IMG/VR virus record: IMGVR_UViG_3300029779_000023
Length of the DNA stretch: 31,490 nt
Direction: 5' to 3' (one strand)
Origin: a virus
Shown: piece by piece, positions 30,909-31,490 of the stretch
Numbering within the stretch: position 1 is the stretch's first letter
How the letters are laid out: each line of letters opens with the position of its first letter
Notes under the pieces: generated by a model
The model's database searches: none
The model's input: the letters and a program-made list of their open reading frames with translations, nothing else
What the model was told of the DNA's origin: nothing
Position numbers and translations under genes: made by a program

Positions 30909-31126
30909 ATTGCCACCCCGCTGTCCGCTTCAAGGGATAGCCACCATTCGGGATTATTCCGGAAGCGCTCATTCCTGCAAGCGTCGCAATTCTCCGCCCC
31001 GCACCCGCTACAATATCGCTTTTGAAACTCCATATCCCACGGCGCTTCGATAATCGGAAGGGAACGCAAGAACCGCCCCAGCCCTTGCGCGTCCGTCGCG
31101 ATTGCTTCAAAATTTGTCTTGCTCAT
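30905..31126 (-). CDS. Hypothetical Cys-rich protein (73 aa)
   Basis: RBS GGAGGG before ATG 31126. CSGCGAENCDAC cluster. Confidence 0.55.
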   Translation of the reverse strand: MSKTNFEAIATDAQGLGRFLRSLPIIEAPWDMEFQKRYCSGCGAENCDACRNERFRNNPEWWLSLEADSGVAM

Positions 31127-31147
31127 ATTGAATAGCCCTCCTTCCTT

Positions 31148-31402
31148 TTATCTTTCAGCGGCGGCGCGTCTGTTGCCTCTGCGCCGTATGTTTTCCTGTG
31201 CGGTCGTCTGTGCAAGATCGGCGCTGTAAATCGGACGCTTGTTTTCGTCAAGCTCTCCCGTGTATCCGCGTTTAAGCTCTTCGTAAATAGCGGCAACGCT
31301 CCTTCCGATCTTTGCGGCAATATCCACCGCCCGCTCGCCGTCGCTGTAAAGTGCTTCGATTTCGCGGCGCTGATCGAACGTCAAATACGAATATCCGTCC
31401 AT
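31148..31402 (-). CDS. Stand-alone HTH protein homologous to the N-terminal DNA-binding region of IS30-family transposases (84 aa)
   Basis: ATG 31402 with RBS AAAGGAGG. YLTFDQRREIEALYSDG...IAAKIGRSVAAIYEELKRGYTGEL...YS...ENIRRRG aligns with HLTWTDRLKIEKALKEG...IADRLHVHNSTIYRELKRGTYTHL...YS...ENLAAKG of the 180-1214 transposase. Confidence 0.7.
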   Translation of the reverse strand: MDGYSYLTFDQRREIEALYSDGERAVDIAAKIGRSVAAIYEELKRGYTGELDENKRPIYSADLAQTTAQENIRRRGNRRAAAER

Positions 31403-31490
31403 TTCGCAAGCCTCCTTTCGCCGTCCGGATAAAAAAATAAAGCAGGAAAACCCGTTTCGGTTTTCTCTGCTTTTAATGTTACTCCGCACA
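31368..31490. repeat. Terminal direct repeat or assembly overlap, copy 2 (identical to 1-123)
   Basis: Exact 123-nt identity with the window start. Confidence 0.95.

Larger units (their letters stand above)
1..31367 (-). mobile_element. Complete phage genome unit (temperate siphovirus-like, HK97-type head, DGR-bearing); the sequence closes on itself
   Basis: Uninterrupted minus-strand head, tail, lysis, regulation and replication modules. Bases 1-123 equal 31368-31490, giving a 31367-bp circular or terminally redundant unit. Confidence 0.8.

Noticed and set aside
1-31490. Searched for CRISPR arrays, tRNA/rRNA genes, and tyrosine or serine integrases.
   Set aside because: No spaced identical repeats, no cloverleaf-like ~75-nt segments (the 25651-25728 RNA lacks tRNA features) and no recombinase motifs other than the DDE transposase were seen. 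The absence was judged by eye only.

Overview
The window is a self-closing 31,367-bp unit: bases 1-123 recur exactly at 31368-31490. It reads as a complete temperate siphovirus-like phage of a Gram-positive, probably Clostridia-like host, judging by strong GGAGG-type ribosome-binding sites and SPOR, SleB and LL-H holin type genes. All convincing genes but one lie on the minus strand. In transcription order they are: a regulatory hub with an XRE repressor and four near-consensus promoters (1670-2341); small early genes and an intact IS30-family DDE transposase (180-1644) followed by a stand-alone paralog of its HTH domain (31148-31402); and a replication and DNA-modification block (23048-31126) holding a SleB-like hydrolase, a Dam-type methylase broken at a G7 run, MazG-like and DUF3310 proteins, an HUH Rep-like initiator, a DPPY methylase, DUF4406 and VRR-NUC. 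Next come a late-activator candidate and HNH, TerS, TerL, portal, protease, HK97 capsid, connectors, major tail, frameshifted chaperone, tape measure, Dit and fibre genes (7843-23044). A complete diversity-generating retroelement follows (4866-7862: fibre-tip target with VR, Avd, TR, RT), then a lysis cassette (2834-4881). The main points of interest are: (1) the DGR, whose TR/VR mismatches are not the canonical TR-adenine-only pattern, because both copies look adenine-mutagenised relative to an inferred AAC-rich ancestor; (2) a ~78-nt plus-strand RNA, defined from promoter to terminator, antisense to the Rep leader, whose exposed 12-mer also matches two other start-codon regions; (3) a homopolymer frameshift in the Dam gene; (4) the IS30-type transposase as the only recombinase present; (5) a terminator inside the late-operon leader; (6) recurring 15-20-nt gene-junction cassettes. 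All coordinates and alignments were done by eye. No database search was possible, so family names are motif-based recognitions.
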